Source: Candidatus Pacearchaeota archaeon
GTDB taxonomy: Archaea; Nanobdellota; Nanobdellia; Pacearchaeales; GW2011-AR1
DNA length: 64,000 nucleotides
Assembly (NCBI GenBank): GCA_041654895.1
Contig: JBAZCR010000001.1
Coordinates: 11,057-75,056 of the forward strand
Direction of reading: 5' to 3'
The notes beneath the pieces are model-generated. The model did no database searches, was not told where the DNA came from, and saw only the letters and a list, made by a program, of their open reading frames with translations. Of this stretch, positions 46,216 through 56,566 are shown piece by piece. Each line of letters begins with the position of its first letter. Position 1 is the stretch's first letter. The position numbers were made by a program, and so were the translations under genes.

Positions 46216-48480
46216 ATGTTTAAAGAAAATAGTCCATTATATTCCTTTGATATTGTTCGAGAAAGTGGAGAGAATGTAGCTTATGTTAATTATCTTGGAG
46301 CTAATTATGTTCCAAATTTAGCAGATTATTTTGATGTGATGGCTAGGACTGTTGATCTTTTAATGGAAGATTCTAATATAAGTCGGATTGTTTATGTTCA
46401 ACAAAGAAATTATAGTCATAATTTTGAACAAGTGAATATGTTAATTGAGGTAGCACAGTTATATAATCATCTTACAAAGCAGGAAAAAGTTGTTTCTATT
46501 GCTGTTTTAGAAAAATTAGGTTATTTTTATGAAGAGGCTTATTCTTTTTTGAATTATATTATTAATGAGGTTTTAAAAGGAGATCCTGTTAGAGCTTATA
46601 GAGAATTAAAAGGCGCCTTATTTGAACAAAGAGCACTATCTGAAAAAGGCTATGATAATATTAATTATTTGAGATTAATTGAAAAAATAATCAATTCTTT
46701 TGATAGACTTTTATTGATTCAAAAATCCAAAGAGTTATTTAACAATTTTAAAATTGGAGACAGAGGGGTTTATTCTGATTTTTTTAGATCAGATATTATG
46801 CCTAATTTTACTTTCACTAGGATGATTGCAAGTTTACCTAAAAATGCTGAAATAATTAAAGAGTATGAAATTGCTAAAAATTATGATAAGAGTATAGTAA
46901 CCATTTTTAAGGAACCAAATAAAACTAAATTTTATTATCATTTAGTCCCACCAGAATATAACTTGAGTGAAGATTATCATATGCTTCTTAATTTAGCAAG
47001 AAATGTTTTAATAGAACATAAGCCAACACAAGAGGAATTTAATGATAGTCAAAGGACAAGAAGTGTTTTTTTGAATGTTAGTAAAGATTTATTGAGGGAT
47101 TTAGCGAATAATAAGGGCATTAATTTGTCTTATGATGATTTAAATTTATTATCTAATATCCTTGTTAGACATACTATTGGCTTTGGTGTTTTAGAGGTTC
47201 TTTTAGAGGATGAATCATTACAAGATTTGATGATTAACGCACCTGTTAGTTTGACTCCTATTTTCGTAAGACATAATGATTATGGAGAATGTGCTACAAA
47301 TTTAATTCCTTCAAAAGAAGATGCTGATTCTTGGGCTACTAAATTTAGAATGAGTAGTGGGAGGGCATTAGACGAAGCAAATCCTATTTTAGATACTAAT
47401 TTAGAATTACCTAACTCTAGTGCAAGAGTCGCAATAATTCAACAACCCTTAAGTAATGGGGGGCTTGCATATGCTTTAAGAAGACATAGAAATAAACCTT
47501 GGACATTGCCTTTATTTATGAAAGTAAATATGATTGATGGGCTTGGTGCAGGACTATTAAGCTTTATTATTGATGGAGCTAGAACATTATTAGTTGCAGG
47601 AACAAGGTCTAGTGGTAAAACTTCTTTGCTTGGTAGTTTGCTATTAGAAATTATGCCTAATTTAAGAATTATAACTATTGAGGATACATTAGAATTACCT
47701 GTTGCTGAAATGAGAAGACTTGATTATGATATATTGAGTATGAAAGTTAGAAGTTCATTAGGAGGAGAAAGTAATGAAGTTGACGCTAGTGAAGGTATTA
47801 GAGCTAGTCTACGTCTTGGTGATTCTTCTTTAATAGTCGGTGAAATTAGGAGTGAAGAAGCAAAATCATTATATGAAGCAATGAGAGTTGGTGCTCTAGC
47901 AAATGTTGTTGCAGGTACAATTCATGGTGGAAGTCCTTATTCTGTTTTTGATAGGGTTGTTAATGATTTACAAGTTCCCATTACAAGTTTTAAGGCAACA
48001 GACCTGATTATTGTTTGTAATCCTGTTAAATCTGTTGATGGTTTACGTTCTTATCGAAGAGTTTTGTCTATTAGTGAAGTTAGGAAACACTGGGAAAAGG
48101 ACCCTTTGAGCGAGGGGGGATTTGTAGATTTGATGAAGTATGATGTTTATGAAGACAAATTAAAACCTACCGATGATTTGATAAATGGTGATTCAGAAAT
48201 CTTAAAAGAGATTGCTGCAAATGTTAAAGGTTGGGCTGGAAATTGGGATGCTGTTTGGGATAATATTCTTCTTAGACAAAAGATAAAAGAAGAACTAGTT
48301 AATGTTGCAACAAAACTAAATAATTTTGATTTATTAGAAGCAGAATTTATAGTTAAATCAAATAATGCTTTTCACCAAATAAGCAATCAAGTCAGCAATG
48401 AGTTTGAATTACCTAAAAGTGAAGAAGTTTTTCCAAGATGGAAGAAATGGTTAGAAAAAGAAATTAAAAATTACCTTTAA
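46216..48480 (+). CDS. Type IV pilus / archaellum-type assembly ATPase (FlaI/TadA/VirB11 family) with a long N-terminal extension
   Basis: Walker A LVAGTRSSGKTSLLGSLL, ITIEDTLEL, Asp-box/Walker B, LIVGEIRSEEA, and His box. 754 aa against about 550 for FlaI. Confidence 0.75.
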   Translation: MFKENSPLYSFDIVRESGENVAYVNYLGANYVPNLADYFDVMARTVDLLMEDSNISRIVYVQQRNYSHNFEQVNMLIEVAQLYNHLTKQEKVVSIAVLEKLGYFYEEAYSFLNYIINEVLKGDPVRAYRELKGALFEQRALSEKGYDNINYLRLIEKIINSFDRLLLIQKSKELFNNFKIGDRGVYSDFFRSDIMPNFTFTRMIASLPKNAEIIKEYEIAKNYDKSIVTIFKEPNKTKFYYHLVPPEYNLSEDYHMLLNLARNVLIEHKPTQEEFNDSQRTRSVFLNVSKDLLRDLANNKGINLSYDDLNLLSNILVRHTIGFGVLEVLLEDESLQDLMINAPVSLTPIFVRHNDYGECATNLIPSKEDADSWATKFRMSSGRALDEANPILDTNLELPNSSARVAIIQQPLSNGGLAYALRRHRNKPWTLPLFMKVNMIDGLGAGLLSFIIDGARTLLVAGTRSSGKTSLLGSLLLEIMPNLRIITIEDTLELPVAEMRRLDYDILSMKVRSSLGGESNEVDASEGIRASLRLGDSSLIVGEIRSEEAKSLYEAMRVGALANVVAGTIHGGSPYSVFDRVVNDLQVPITSFKATDLIIVCNPVKSVDGLRSYRRVLSISEVRKHWEKDPLSEGGFVDLMKYDVYEDKLKPTDDLINGDSEILKEIAANVKGWAGNWDAVWDNILLRQKIKEELVNVATKLNNFDLLEAEFIVKSNNAFHQISNQVSNEFELPKSEEVFPRWKKWLEKEIKNYL

Positions 48481-48954
48481 TTATTTTGCTTTTTTTGTTA
48501 GTTGAACAGAAACAATTATGGCTATAATTATTGTTATTAAAAAACTAAACCAACTATTTGAGCCTGTCTCTTCAAAGAAGTTCCAATTAATTGTCCAATG
48601 AAAAATATATGACGATGTAGTAATGAATAGTATAATTAATATAATAACTACTAGCCATTTTAACCAATTTGCTTTTGATAGGAAATCTAATGGTTTTTCT
48701 GAAGGCAAAAATGCAATTAGTATTAAAAATAAAAATACTAGGAGAATTATAACTGTTACCCAAGAAGTTGTTAATGCAATAAAATCAACTAATTGAACTT
48801 CTACTATAAAGAATATTGCAAAAATAAAAGAAATTAATAAACTTACAATTTCTGCATCTCCAAGTATTTTAGTCTTTTTTAAAATTGCATATACTACAAT
48901 AAAGACTAAGAGAAATGAGGCAATAGGTAGGAGTAGTCCAAATGGTGTTGCCAT
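48481..48954 (-). CDS. Small 4-TM membrane protein, paralog family member B
   Basis: LLVFIVVYAILKKTKILGD motif shared with 48956..49468 and 58913..59407. Confidence 0.35.
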   Translation of the reverse strand: MATPFGLLLPIASFLLVFIVVYAILKKTKILGDAEIVSLLISFIFAIFFIVEVQLVDFIALTTSWVTVIILLVFLFLILIAFLPSEKPLDFLSKANWLKWLVVIILIILFITTSSYIFHWTINWNFFEETGSNSWFSFLITIIIAIIVSVQLTKKAK

Positions 48955-48955
48955 T

Positions 48956-49468
48956 TTATTCTGTTGTTGGAGTATTAGTTCCTTTTTTAGTTGTTAAGTA
49001 GATAATTAATACAATAATTCCTAATACAATAATTCCCCAAATATAATCTTTTAAAAAATAGAATGGACTTAATGTACTAAACCAGTTATTCCAACTTGTT
49101 AATGCCCACAATACTATTGATATTGCAATAACCCAACCTATCCATCCAACTTTTTTAATCCAATCTTTAGTATCATTATCCTTATAGTAAAAGAAACTTA
49201 AAAAAATAATTATTACTAAAAATATTGCAAGCCCTACTCCAAATTTTGGAAAAATATTTGCAAAAAAATAAGATACTGTATTAAATTGTAGTGCTAATAA
49301 GCCTATGGCTATAGAAATAATTACTTTTATTGCATTATTATCACCAAGCAATTTTGATTTTTCTAAGATAGCATAAACAACAGCAAAAATTAATAGGAAT
49401 GGTATAACATACGAAAAAAATCCAATATTATTTAATTGATTTATTATTTCTGATGTTGTAAAAGCCAT
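48956..49468 (-). CDS. Small 4-TM membrane protein, paralog family member A
   Basis: LLIFAVVYAILEKSKLLGD motif. Tandem with 48481..48954. Confidence 0.35.
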   Translation of the reverse strand: MAFTTSEIINQLNNIGFFSYVIPFLLIFAVVYAILEKSKLLGDNNAIKVIISIAIGLLALQFNTVSYFFANIFPKFGVGLAIFLVIIIFLSFFYYKDNDTKDWIKKVGWIGWVIAISIVLWALTSWNNWFSTLSPFYFLKDYIWGIIVLGIIVLIIYLTTKKGTNTPTTE

Positions 49469-49507
49469 ATAAAAAAAAGAGGATTCTTGTTTAAATATGT
49501 TTTGGAA

Positions 49508-50689
49508 TTAAAAAATATAGTTAATAATTGTAGGTATTATAATACTACTCATCATTATTGTCCTGTTACATCTTTCTCTAATAGTCATTAACCCAATTAG
49601 TGTTGATGTAATAAGAACAATTAGTCCGATCATTTTTGAAATTAAAATAGTTAAGAAAATAATAAGAATAATAATAGAATAACTTAATTTTTTGTAATTT
49701 ATCTTGTTGATATTTTTTGCAAAGAATTTTGATAAAAATATTGTTAAAATTGATGCAAAAATTGTTGTAAAAAAAATAGTTAAAAATATTGTTAAAAGAT
49801 GTTCTTTACCTAGAATTATTATTTGAGAAATAAAACTTGCTAAACCCGTTCTTTTTTTATTAATTAAAAATAGCGTGAATATAGAAGTAGATAAAACTAG
49901 TGTGTTTATGGAACCCAATAAAATTAAATATTGTTTCTTTGACTTATTTTTATTTATTATTTGTCCAAATGTTGCAGCTTGACTTGCCCCTAATCCTGGT
50001 AATATAGAACATATTGGAGAAAGAAAAATAGTGGTTAGCGTCGGACTGATTAATTCTTTTTTAGGAATTTTTATTTTTTTTATTTCTTGAACAGGAGGAT
50101 TAGAATTATTATTGATTGAGGTAATCATTTGAGAAAGTCCAAAAAAACCGGTTAGTAAAGGAAGTAAAGGTTGAGTTATATTAGAATTTAATACTATTAA
50201 TCCTAAAATAGAAGAAAAAATAATTATAATAAATGCTTTTATTTTTTTTCCTTTAGAGTTATAAATTAAAAATAAGATAGTTAAGGTTAATAGAAAAGGA
50301 AAAAATAATTCAAGGAAGTCATAAATTTTTGATAAAGCAAAATAAAAAAAAGGAAAAATAAAAATTAAGGAAATTATTGCAATAACTGAACCATATAATG
50401 TATAGATTACAGCTTCGTGTGCTCTTTTATTTAACAAGTATTTATGTCCTGGACTAACACTTAATAATGTATCTTCAGATGGGGCTCCAAAATAAACTGA
50501 TGGAATAAAGTCAATAAAGGTATTTGTTATTGCGGTTGTTATAGAATAAACTAACAGATAGTTAGTATTTATTTTTAAATTTATTAAAACTAATAAACTC
50601 ATAATTAAATTTGTATGTATTCCGGGAACTAATCCTGTGAAAGTCCCTGTAATTAATCCTAAAATAAAAGATAAAAAATAAAAGAACAT
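49508..50689 (-). CDS. TctA/DUF112-like polytopic membrane protein
   Basis: Duplicated GxxPGxx segments (TGLVPGIHTN; ILPGLGASQAATF) in a protein of about 12 TM helices. Confidence 0.35.
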   Translation of the reverse strand: MFFYFLSFILGLITGTFTGLVPGIHTNLIMSLLVLINLKINTNYLLVYSITTAITNTFIDFIPSVYFGAPSEDTLLSVSPGHKYLLNKRAHEAVIYTLYGSVIAIISLIFIFPFFYFALSKIYDFLELFFPFLLTLTILFLIYNSKGKKIKAFIIIIFSSILGLIVLNSNITQPLLPLLTGFFGLSQMITSINNNSNPPVQEIKKIKIPKKELISPTLTTIFLSPICSILPGLGASQAATFGQIINKNKSKKQYLILLGSINTLVLSTSIFTLFLINKKRTGLASFISQIIILGKEHLLTIFLTIFFTTIFASILTIFLSKFFAKNINKINYKKLSYSIIILIIFLTILISKMIGLIVLITSTLIGLMTIRERCNRTIMMSSIIIPTIINYIF

Positions 50690-50741
50690 AAAATTCTCTT
50701 GTTTTTGTTTTTTAAGAGACTTATTTAATTTCTTGGATAAA

Positions 50742-51023
50742 TTATTTTAATGAATATATTTCATTTACGATTATTTGCTTATTTCCCTTATATATTTCTT
50801 CTTTTCCAGTTATTTTAATCTGATCTTTAATTTTTAAATTTAAAATATCTTTAGTAAATATTACAAATTGAATATTGTGGTTTTCTAATTCAAGAAAAGT
50901 TACTTCTTCTTTTATTGTTATTCTTTTAATTATTCCAGAGTATGTAAGCTCTTGAGTATTATTTACAATAGTTGTTAGAAATATTAAAAAAAATAAAGTT
51001 GTTAAAATTAATTTTAAGTTCAT
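50742..51023 (-). CDS. Small secreted hypothetical protein
   Basis: N-terminal signal-like hydrophobic segment. 93 aa. Confidence 0.3.
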   Translation of the reverse strand: MNLKLILTTLFFLIFLTTIVNNTQELTYSGIIKRITIKEEVTFLELENHNIQFVIFTKDILNLKIKDQIKITGKEEIYKGNKQIIVNEIYSLK

Positions 51024-51364
51024 ATATTTAAGGCCTTTAATTTTTCTTGAATTTCTCTTAACTCTTTATCTATTTCTGAAAAAGGAGCATCCAAATTATA
51101 AACCTTTGATCTTTGTAATTTTGTTTTAGGTAATCTTTTTTCAAATCTTTCTATTTCTTTTTTTAATTCATCAAATTTTTTCTTAAATTCTCTTTTTTTT
51201 AAATCCTTAATTTTTTTTGTCTCTTCTATTTGTTTTAGAAATATTTGTGTTTTTTTAAGATATAGTTGTGCTTTTAATCCTTTTATTTTATTTTCTTTAT
51301 ATTTATCAAATAAAATTGGCACAAAAATTTCTTGTTTGTCATTCTTCATTTTAGAGTCTTCCAA
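51020..51364 (-). CDS. Hypothetical charged/coiled-coil protein
   Basis: ORF only. Confidence 0.25.
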   Translation of the reverse strand: MEDSKMKNDKQEIFVPILFDKYKENKIKGLKAQLYLKKTQIFLKQIEETKKIKDLKKREFKKKFDELKKEIERFEKRLPKTKLQRSKVYNLDAPFSEIDKELREIQEKLKALNI

Positions 51365-51815
51365 AAATTTCTTTGTCTATTTGTATTAAAAATTCTCTAA
51401 TTTGTTTTGAGTTTTCCTTCCAACTTTCTAATTCTTTTTCTTCTTTTTCTTTTACTTCTTCTAATGTTTTTAATATCTCTTCTAATTCATCTAGTCTTTT
51501 ATTTATCTTCTCAAATTGCTCTTTAGATTCGTTAAATTTGTCAATTCTTACAAAAAATGGGTGATCTTCTTTTTGTTGTGCAGGACTTAGTTCCCTTGTC
51601 GTAGTAGGTATTTTTCTTTCAGGGGATTCTTCTTTTAGCGGATTTGAAAAAGGATTATATTCTGGATTGACTTGTGCAGGTTTAATTGTTTGAATATTAA
51701 AAGGATTATTAGTTTCAACTTGTATAGGTTGGATTTGTTTTGGTTGGATTGGAGGAATATTAAGATTATCTTTTTTTTGTTCTATTTTCGTTTTCTTCTC
51801 TTTGAATAAAGCCAT
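51351..51815 (-). CDS. Hypothetical protein with Pro/Gln-rich N-terminal half and coiled-coil C-terminal half
   Basis: ORF only. Overlaps its downstream neighbour by 14 nt. Confidence 0.25.
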   Translation of the reverse strand: MALFKEKKTKIEQKKDNLNIPPIQPKQIQPIQVETNNPFNIQTIKPAQVNPEYNPFSNPLKEESPERKIPTTTRELSPAQQKEDHPFFVRIDKFNESKEQFEKINKRLDELEEILKTLEEVKEKEEKELESWKENSKQIREFLIQIDKEIFGRL

Positions 51816-51871
51816 ACTTTTAATTTCCTTTTTTAATTTAAATATATTTGTTGTAATTTCTTAGTTAATAC

Positions 51872-52786
51872 TTATTTTATTTTTAACTCAACAACGTCTT
51901 TATCTTTTAAAACATGATCTAAACCTACTGTTTGTTCAATAAATTTTGCAGAAGGACCTGTTATTTTTGCTATCTTAATCTTTTTTGATAATCCCTTTAA
52001 AATTTTTTCAGCAACATCTGAAACTTTTGAGCCTTGTTTTAAAATTAATGGTATTTTTGAAGGTTCTTTAGAGGGTTCTTTGGTATAAATCCTTATTATC
52101 GGAAATGATTTAAAAATCTCTTTTTTTAATTCTTCTAACTGATAATTATCTTCTTTTTTTGAAAATAATAAAAAATTAATTTTATTATATTTTGATTTTA
52201 TTGTTTCTTTTAATTTTCTTTTTTCTTGATCATTTAATAAATCTGTTTTATTAAAAATATATATTCGCTCTGCATTACTCTTTTGTATCTCTCCTTCTAT
52301 TTTTTTAATTTGTTCTAAATTATCAATAACTATCAATAGTGTATCTGTAGTATTTATTATAGATTTGTTTTGGTTTGGTATTGGAGCGTCGTCTATTATT
52401 TGAATTTGGGTATCTTGATAGCTGAAAGTTCCAAGTTTTGGCTCGTATGTTGTAAAAGGATGAGGAGATATTTTTGTTTCTAGGTTTGTTAGTTTTTTAA
52501 AAATAGTAGATTTTCCTGTATTTGGATAACCAATTAAAACACATTGAATTTCTGCTTTTCTTATTCCTTGTTGGTTTGATTTTCCTTTTTTTGATTGTTT
52601 ATTAAATTGCTCTTTTAATTTTTTTTGTCTTGTTTTTAATTGTGCTAGCATCTTTTCAGCACCCTTATGTTTTGGACATTCTTTTATCATTATGTCTAAG
52701 CATTTCATTTTTTCTTCTAAGGTTGTAGCTTTTAGAAAATCTTCTTCAGCTCTTTGATAAAAAGGTGATTGATTAGTTGATGCCAT
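51872..52786 (-). CDS. DRG/Obg-family GTPase (DRG-like) with divergent G3 motif
   Basis: DRG-type N-terminal helix (...KHKGAEKMLAQLKTRQKKLKEQ), G1 GYPNTGKST, G2 HPFTTYEPKLG, G4 NKTD, and a TGS-like C-terminus. G3 reads IDDAP instead of DLPG. Confidence 0.55.
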   Translation of the reverse strand: MASTNQSPFYQRAEEDFLKATTLEEKMKCLDIMIKECPKHKGAEKMLAQLKTRQKKLKEQFNKQSKKGKSNQQGIRKAEIQCVLIGYPNTGKSTIFKKLTNLETKISPHPFTTYEPKLGTFSYQDTQIQIIDDAPIPNQNKSIINTTDTLLIVIDNLEQIKKIEGEIQKSNAERIYIFNKTDLLNDQEKRKLKETIKSKYNKINFLLFSKKEDNYQLEELKKEIFKSFPIIRIYTKEPSKEPSKIPLILKQGSKVSDVAEKILKGLSKKIKIAKITGPSAKFIEQTVGLDHVLKDKDVVELKIK

Positions 52787-52866
52787 GCTAAATTAAGGAG
52801 TCTCTCTTTTAATTATTTTTCTTTAGTTTTCAAAAGATTTAAATAAATTTATTTGAATAGTTTATT

Positions 52867-53130
52867 ATGGAAGGATTTTTTTATACTAATGAATTTTATT
52901 TATCTATAGGTTTAGGAATTTTAGGAATAATCTTTTTGATTTTCTTAATTTTTTTTATTTTCAAAAAACCTAAACCAAATAAATTTGATCCAGTTATGCC
53001 AAAAGGAATTGTAAAAGAGAAAAAGAAGGATATTTCTAGTGATAAAAAAATAACTGAACCTGTTTTAATGAACAATAAAAATAATTTTTTACAATCTCCT
53101 AAGAAATATCAAAGAACATCCTTTAGATAG
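52867..53130 (+). CDS. Small hypothetical membrane protein
   Basis: One TM helix. 87 aa. Confidence 0.25.
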   Translation: MEGFFYTNEFYLSIGLGILGIIFLIFLIFFIFKKPKPNKFDPVMPKGIVKEKKKDISSDKKITEPVLMNNKNNFLQSPKKYQRTSFR

Positions 53131-53165
53131 GTAAATTAATTAAATCTCTTTTTATATTTTTATTT

Positions 53166-53846
53166 ATGAAAGTTGGAGTATTATTTAGTGGAGGAAAAGA
53201 TTCTGTTTTTTCTGCATTTATTGCTAAAAAAAAGGGTTTTGAAATTTGTTGTTTGATTAGTTTGTTTAGTGAAAATAAGGAAAGTTACATGTTTCATACT
53301 CCAAATATTAGTTTAACTAAATTTCAGGCAAAGAGTATGAATCTGCCTCTGGTTATAAAAAAAACAAAAGGAAATAAAGAGGAGGAATTAAGTGACTTAT
53401 ATAATATTTTAAGAAATGTTAAGCGAAAATATTCTCTAGATGCAATTATTTCTGGTGCTGTTTATTCTGTTTATCAATTTAGTAGAATTAAAAAAATTTG
53501 TGATGATTTAGATTTAAAATTATTTAATCCTTTATGGCAGATGAAAGAGGAAAAATTGTTGAAAGGTTTAATTAAAAATAATTTTGAAGTTATTCTTGTA
53601 GGGGTTTTTGCATATCCATTAGATAAATCTTTTTTAGGCATTAAAATTGATGAAATTTTTGTTAAAAAATTTAAAGAATTAAACAAAAAATATGGAGTGA
53701 GTATAATTGGAGAAGGTGGAGAGTTTGAGAGTTTTGTTTTAAATTGCCCTTTATTTAATCAAAAATTAGTTGTTGAAAGTTTTCAAGACTTCTGTGATTC
53801 TGAGAATTCCTGTGTGAGGAAAATAAAATTAAGCAAAAATATTTAA
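53166..53846 (+). CDS. PP-loop ATP pyrophosphatase of the diphthine-ammonia ligase (Dph6 / MJ0570-like, COG2102) family
   Basis: MKVGVLFSGGKDS PP-loop at the N-terminus. The length and ...EGGEFES... C-terminal block are typical of the family. Confidence 0.55.
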   Translation: MKVGVLFSGGKDSVFSAFIAKKKGFEICCLISLFSENKESYMFHTPNISLTKFQAKSMNLPLVIKKTKGNKEEELSDLYNILRNVKRKYSLDAIISGAVYSVYQFSRIKKICDDLDLKLFNPLWQMKEEKLLKGLIKNNFEVILVGVFAYPLDKSFLGIKIDEIFVKKFKELNKKYGVSIIGEGGEFESFVLNCPLFNQKLVVESFQDFCDSENSCVRKIKLSKNI

Positions 53847-53864
53847 AATCTTCCTTGTTTTTAT

Positions 53865-54653
53865 TTGTTTATGGATATCATCTCAGAAATTAAAGAAAAA
53901 AAGGAATTTAAGAATTTACCTAATGAAATTGTCGAGGTTGTTTTGAGTGAATTTAAGAATTTAGACGACGAATCTGAAATTATTAAAAGATCAAGAGAAA
54001 AATTAAGAAAATATTTTGGTATTTTTTTGACAAATAGGATTGTTAAGCCTAGAAATATTTTGAATTTTGACTTAATGTTAAAATCCCATCTTTCAAGTTC
54101 AAAGAGGGATTATAATTTATTTTATACAAAACTATTTGATTTTGAATTTAAGGGTTTTGATCGTGTTTTAGATTTTGGTTGTGGAGTTAATGGTTTTAGT
54201 TATCCTTATCTTCAGAAAATTTTAAAAAATATTGAATATATTTGCTTTGATGTTAGCATTGATATTATAAGAAATACTAATACTTTCTTTGATAAAATGA
54301 AATTAAATAACTGCACATGTTTTTATAAGAATCTTTTTGATTTTGAAGGAACAGATTATTTTTTTAAGAAGGATAAAAATATATGTGTTTTTTGTTTTCA
54401 AATTTTGGATGCTCTTGATGGATTAAAAAAGAATTTTTCATTAGATTTTTTAAATCACTTAAAATCATTTATGAAAGAAAATGATGTTCTTATAATTAGT
54501 TATTCTTTGGAAAGTATTAGTGGTAAAAATCGTTTTAGGACGAAAAGAAAAAAATTATTAGAATTTATTAATTCAGAATTTGAAATTTTAAAGAATTTTA
54601 ATATGTATGGGGAACGTTTTTTAATTTTAAAACCCAAATTATTAAAAACTTAA
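53865..54653 (+). CDS. Putative SAM-dependent methyltransferase
   Basis: Motif I-like VLDFGCGVNG, with a downstream acidic residue. Otherwise unassigned. Confidence 0.35.
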   Translation: MFMDIISEIKEKKEFKNLPNEIVEVVLSEFKNLDDESEIIKRSREKLRKYFGIFLTNRIVKPRNILNFDLMLKSHLSSSKRDYNLFYTKLFDFEFKGFDRVLDFGCGVNGFSYPYLQKILKNIEYICFDVSIDIIRNTNTFFDKMKLNNCTCFYKNLFDFEGTDYFFKKDKNICVFCFQILDALDGLKKNFSLDFLNHLKSFMKENDVLIISYSLESISGKNRFRTKRKKLLEFINSEFEILKNFNMYGERFLILKPKLLKT

Positions 54654-54666
54654 TTTTTTTTATAGA

Positions 54667-55863
54667 ATGATGGTTATATTTAATAAGGGTAAGTTGAAGA
54701 ATGGTTTAAGAGTTATTTGTGAAGAAAGAGAGAGTGATGTTTCAACTATTATGTTTGCAGTACCTTTTGGTGCAATGTATGAAGAAAAAGAAGAGAAGGG
54801 TATTGCCCACTTTATAGAACATTTATGTTTTAAGGGTACAGAAAAAAGAAATAGTGCAGAAATAGCCAAAACTTTAGAGAAATATGGGGGAGAATTAAAT
54901 GCTTTTACACATGAAGAAATGACTGCATATTATGTTAAGATACCAAATGAATTCTTAGAAATTGCAATTGATGTTTTAAGTGATATTTTTTTTAATCCTA
55001 TTTTTCCAGAAGAAGAGATAGAAAAAGAAAGAAATGTAATTTTAGAAGAGATAAAGATGTACTATGATAATCCTCGAGCACAGAGTTATAAAAAGATTAA
55101 AGAGAATTTGTTTTTTGAACCTCATGGTTTGTTTATTGCAGGAAGTGAAGAAAGTTTGATAAAAATGGACAGAGAGAAACTATTAGAGAAACATAGAAGT
55201 GTTTATTGTCCTGAAAAATGTATTCTTTGTGTTGTTGGAGGAAATAAATTTGAAGAAGTAATTGATATCTCAAATAAATATATTTCTTTAATTGAAAGAG
55301 AAATTAAACCATTAAAAAAAATTTCAATTGAAAAGAGAACGTTGAACAATTTTGAGACTAGGATTAATTTATCTCAATCAAACCTTTGTTTAGGGATTCA
55401 TTTTCCTTCTTTTTTAGATGATTTAAGATATTCTGCAGAAATTTTTAATATGATCTTGGGTGTTGGTATGAGTAGTAAATTATTTAGCGAGGTTAGAGAA
55501 AAAAAAGGTTTAGTATATGGAGTAAAATCTGAATTAGATTTGGGAAGAAATTATGGTTATATGGTTATTTGGGCTGGGTGCGATAAAAAAAATATTGAAG
55601 AAGTTTTTGGAATTTTTAAAGAAGAATTTAAAAAAATGGAGTTTATTAGCGAAAGAGAATTAGAGGATGCGAAAATTCAATTAATTGGAAGTAAAAAAGT
55701 TCGTTCTGACTTAAATGAGGTTGCAATTAATTTAATTATGGAAGAACTTAGTTCTAATGCCGAGAATTATTATAATTATGAAACTAATGTTTCTAAAGTC
55801 AAAATAGAAGATATCAAAAAATTATGTTCTAATTTAGATTTTGCAAGTTATTATTTGGCTTAA
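54667..55863 (+). CDS. M16-family zinc peptidase (pitrilysin-like)
   Basis: Inverted zinc motif HFIEHLCFKGT (HxxEH) and a downstream E. 398 aa. Confidence 0.7.
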   Translation: MMVIFNKGKLKNGLRVICEERESDVSTIMFAVPFGAMYEEKEEKGIAHFIEHLCFKGTEKRNSAEIAKTLEKYGGELNAFTHEEMTAYYVKIPNEFLEIAIDVLSDIFFNPIFPEEEIEKERNVILEEIKMYYDNPRAQSYKKIKENLFFEPHGLFIAGSEESLIKMDREKLLEKHRSVYCPEKCILCVVGGNKFEEVIDISNKYISLIEREIKPLKKISIEKRTLNNFETRINLSQSNLCLGIHFPSFLDDLRYSAEIFNMILGVGMSSKLFSEVREKKGLVYGVKSELDLGRNYGYMVIWAGCDKKNIEEVFGIFKEEFKKMEFISERELEDAKIQLIGSKKVRSDLNEVAINLIMEELSSNAENYYNYETNVSKVKIEDIKKLCSNLDFASYYLA

Positions 55864-56516
55864 TTATTTATTATCTCTAAAAATTCCTTTGTAGTTTTTT
55901 CATCTAAAATTTTTTCTAAATTTTCTTGCTTTTGATTTATTATATTTTTAATTGTTTTAAATTTCTTAATTAGCTCTTTTGATTTTTTAATCCCTATATT
56001 TTGAAAGCCTTGTAAAATATATTCTTTTTTTTCTTGTAATGTTTTTCTATTCTTCAAGATACGAATAGAATATTGTTTTTTTGTTTTAGTTAGTATTTTT
56101 ATTAAAATTTTTGAAGTCTCTAATTCATTTGATGAATAAAGAATCGGTATTTGGAATTTAACATTAATTGACAAAATTAATCCCTTAATAATTTTTATTT
56201 TTTCTTGGCTTAAATTATTATAATCTCCCTCTAGAATCAATATTTTCCTTGGATATTTTTTAATATTTGTTAATTGATTAATCAGTCTTTTTGAATAAAA
56301 GGAAGATAAAAAATCATTAAAGGTTTTCCTTTCAATTATTAAATCTGAAATTAAATAATCACCAATTTCTAATTTTTCTTTTTGATAAGGTATTCCTTCT
56401 TTGATAAGATATGTTGGAACAAGAGAATTTTTTTCTCTAGTATCTATTATTATTTTTGAAGTATAGGTTGGTTTTATTTTTCTTATTTTCGAACTGCTAA
56501 AAATATCTTCTATCAT
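55860..56516 (-). CDS. XPF/ERCC4-type structure-specific nuclease domain protein with C-terminal HhH2
   Basis: IIIDTREKNS...IGDYLISDLIIERKTFNDF matches the ERCC4 motif (V.vD.RE...GDY...ERK..D). C-terminal GIKKSKELIKKFKTIKNI is HhH-like. Confidence 0.6.
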   Translation of the reverse strand: MIEDIFSSSKIRKIKPTYTSKIIIDTREKNSLVPTYLIKEGIPYQKEKLEIGDYLISDLIIERKTFNDFLSSFYSKRLINQLTNIKKYPRKILILEGDYNNLSQEKIKIIKGLILSINVKFQIPILYSSNELETSKILIKILTKTKKQYSIRILKNRKTLQEKKEYILQGFQNIGIKKSKELIKKFKTIKNIINQKQENLEKILDEKTTKEFLEIINN

Positions 56517-56566
56517 TTAAGAAAAAACTCTTTGGATTTAAAAAAGTAATAAATAATTCTGGATAA

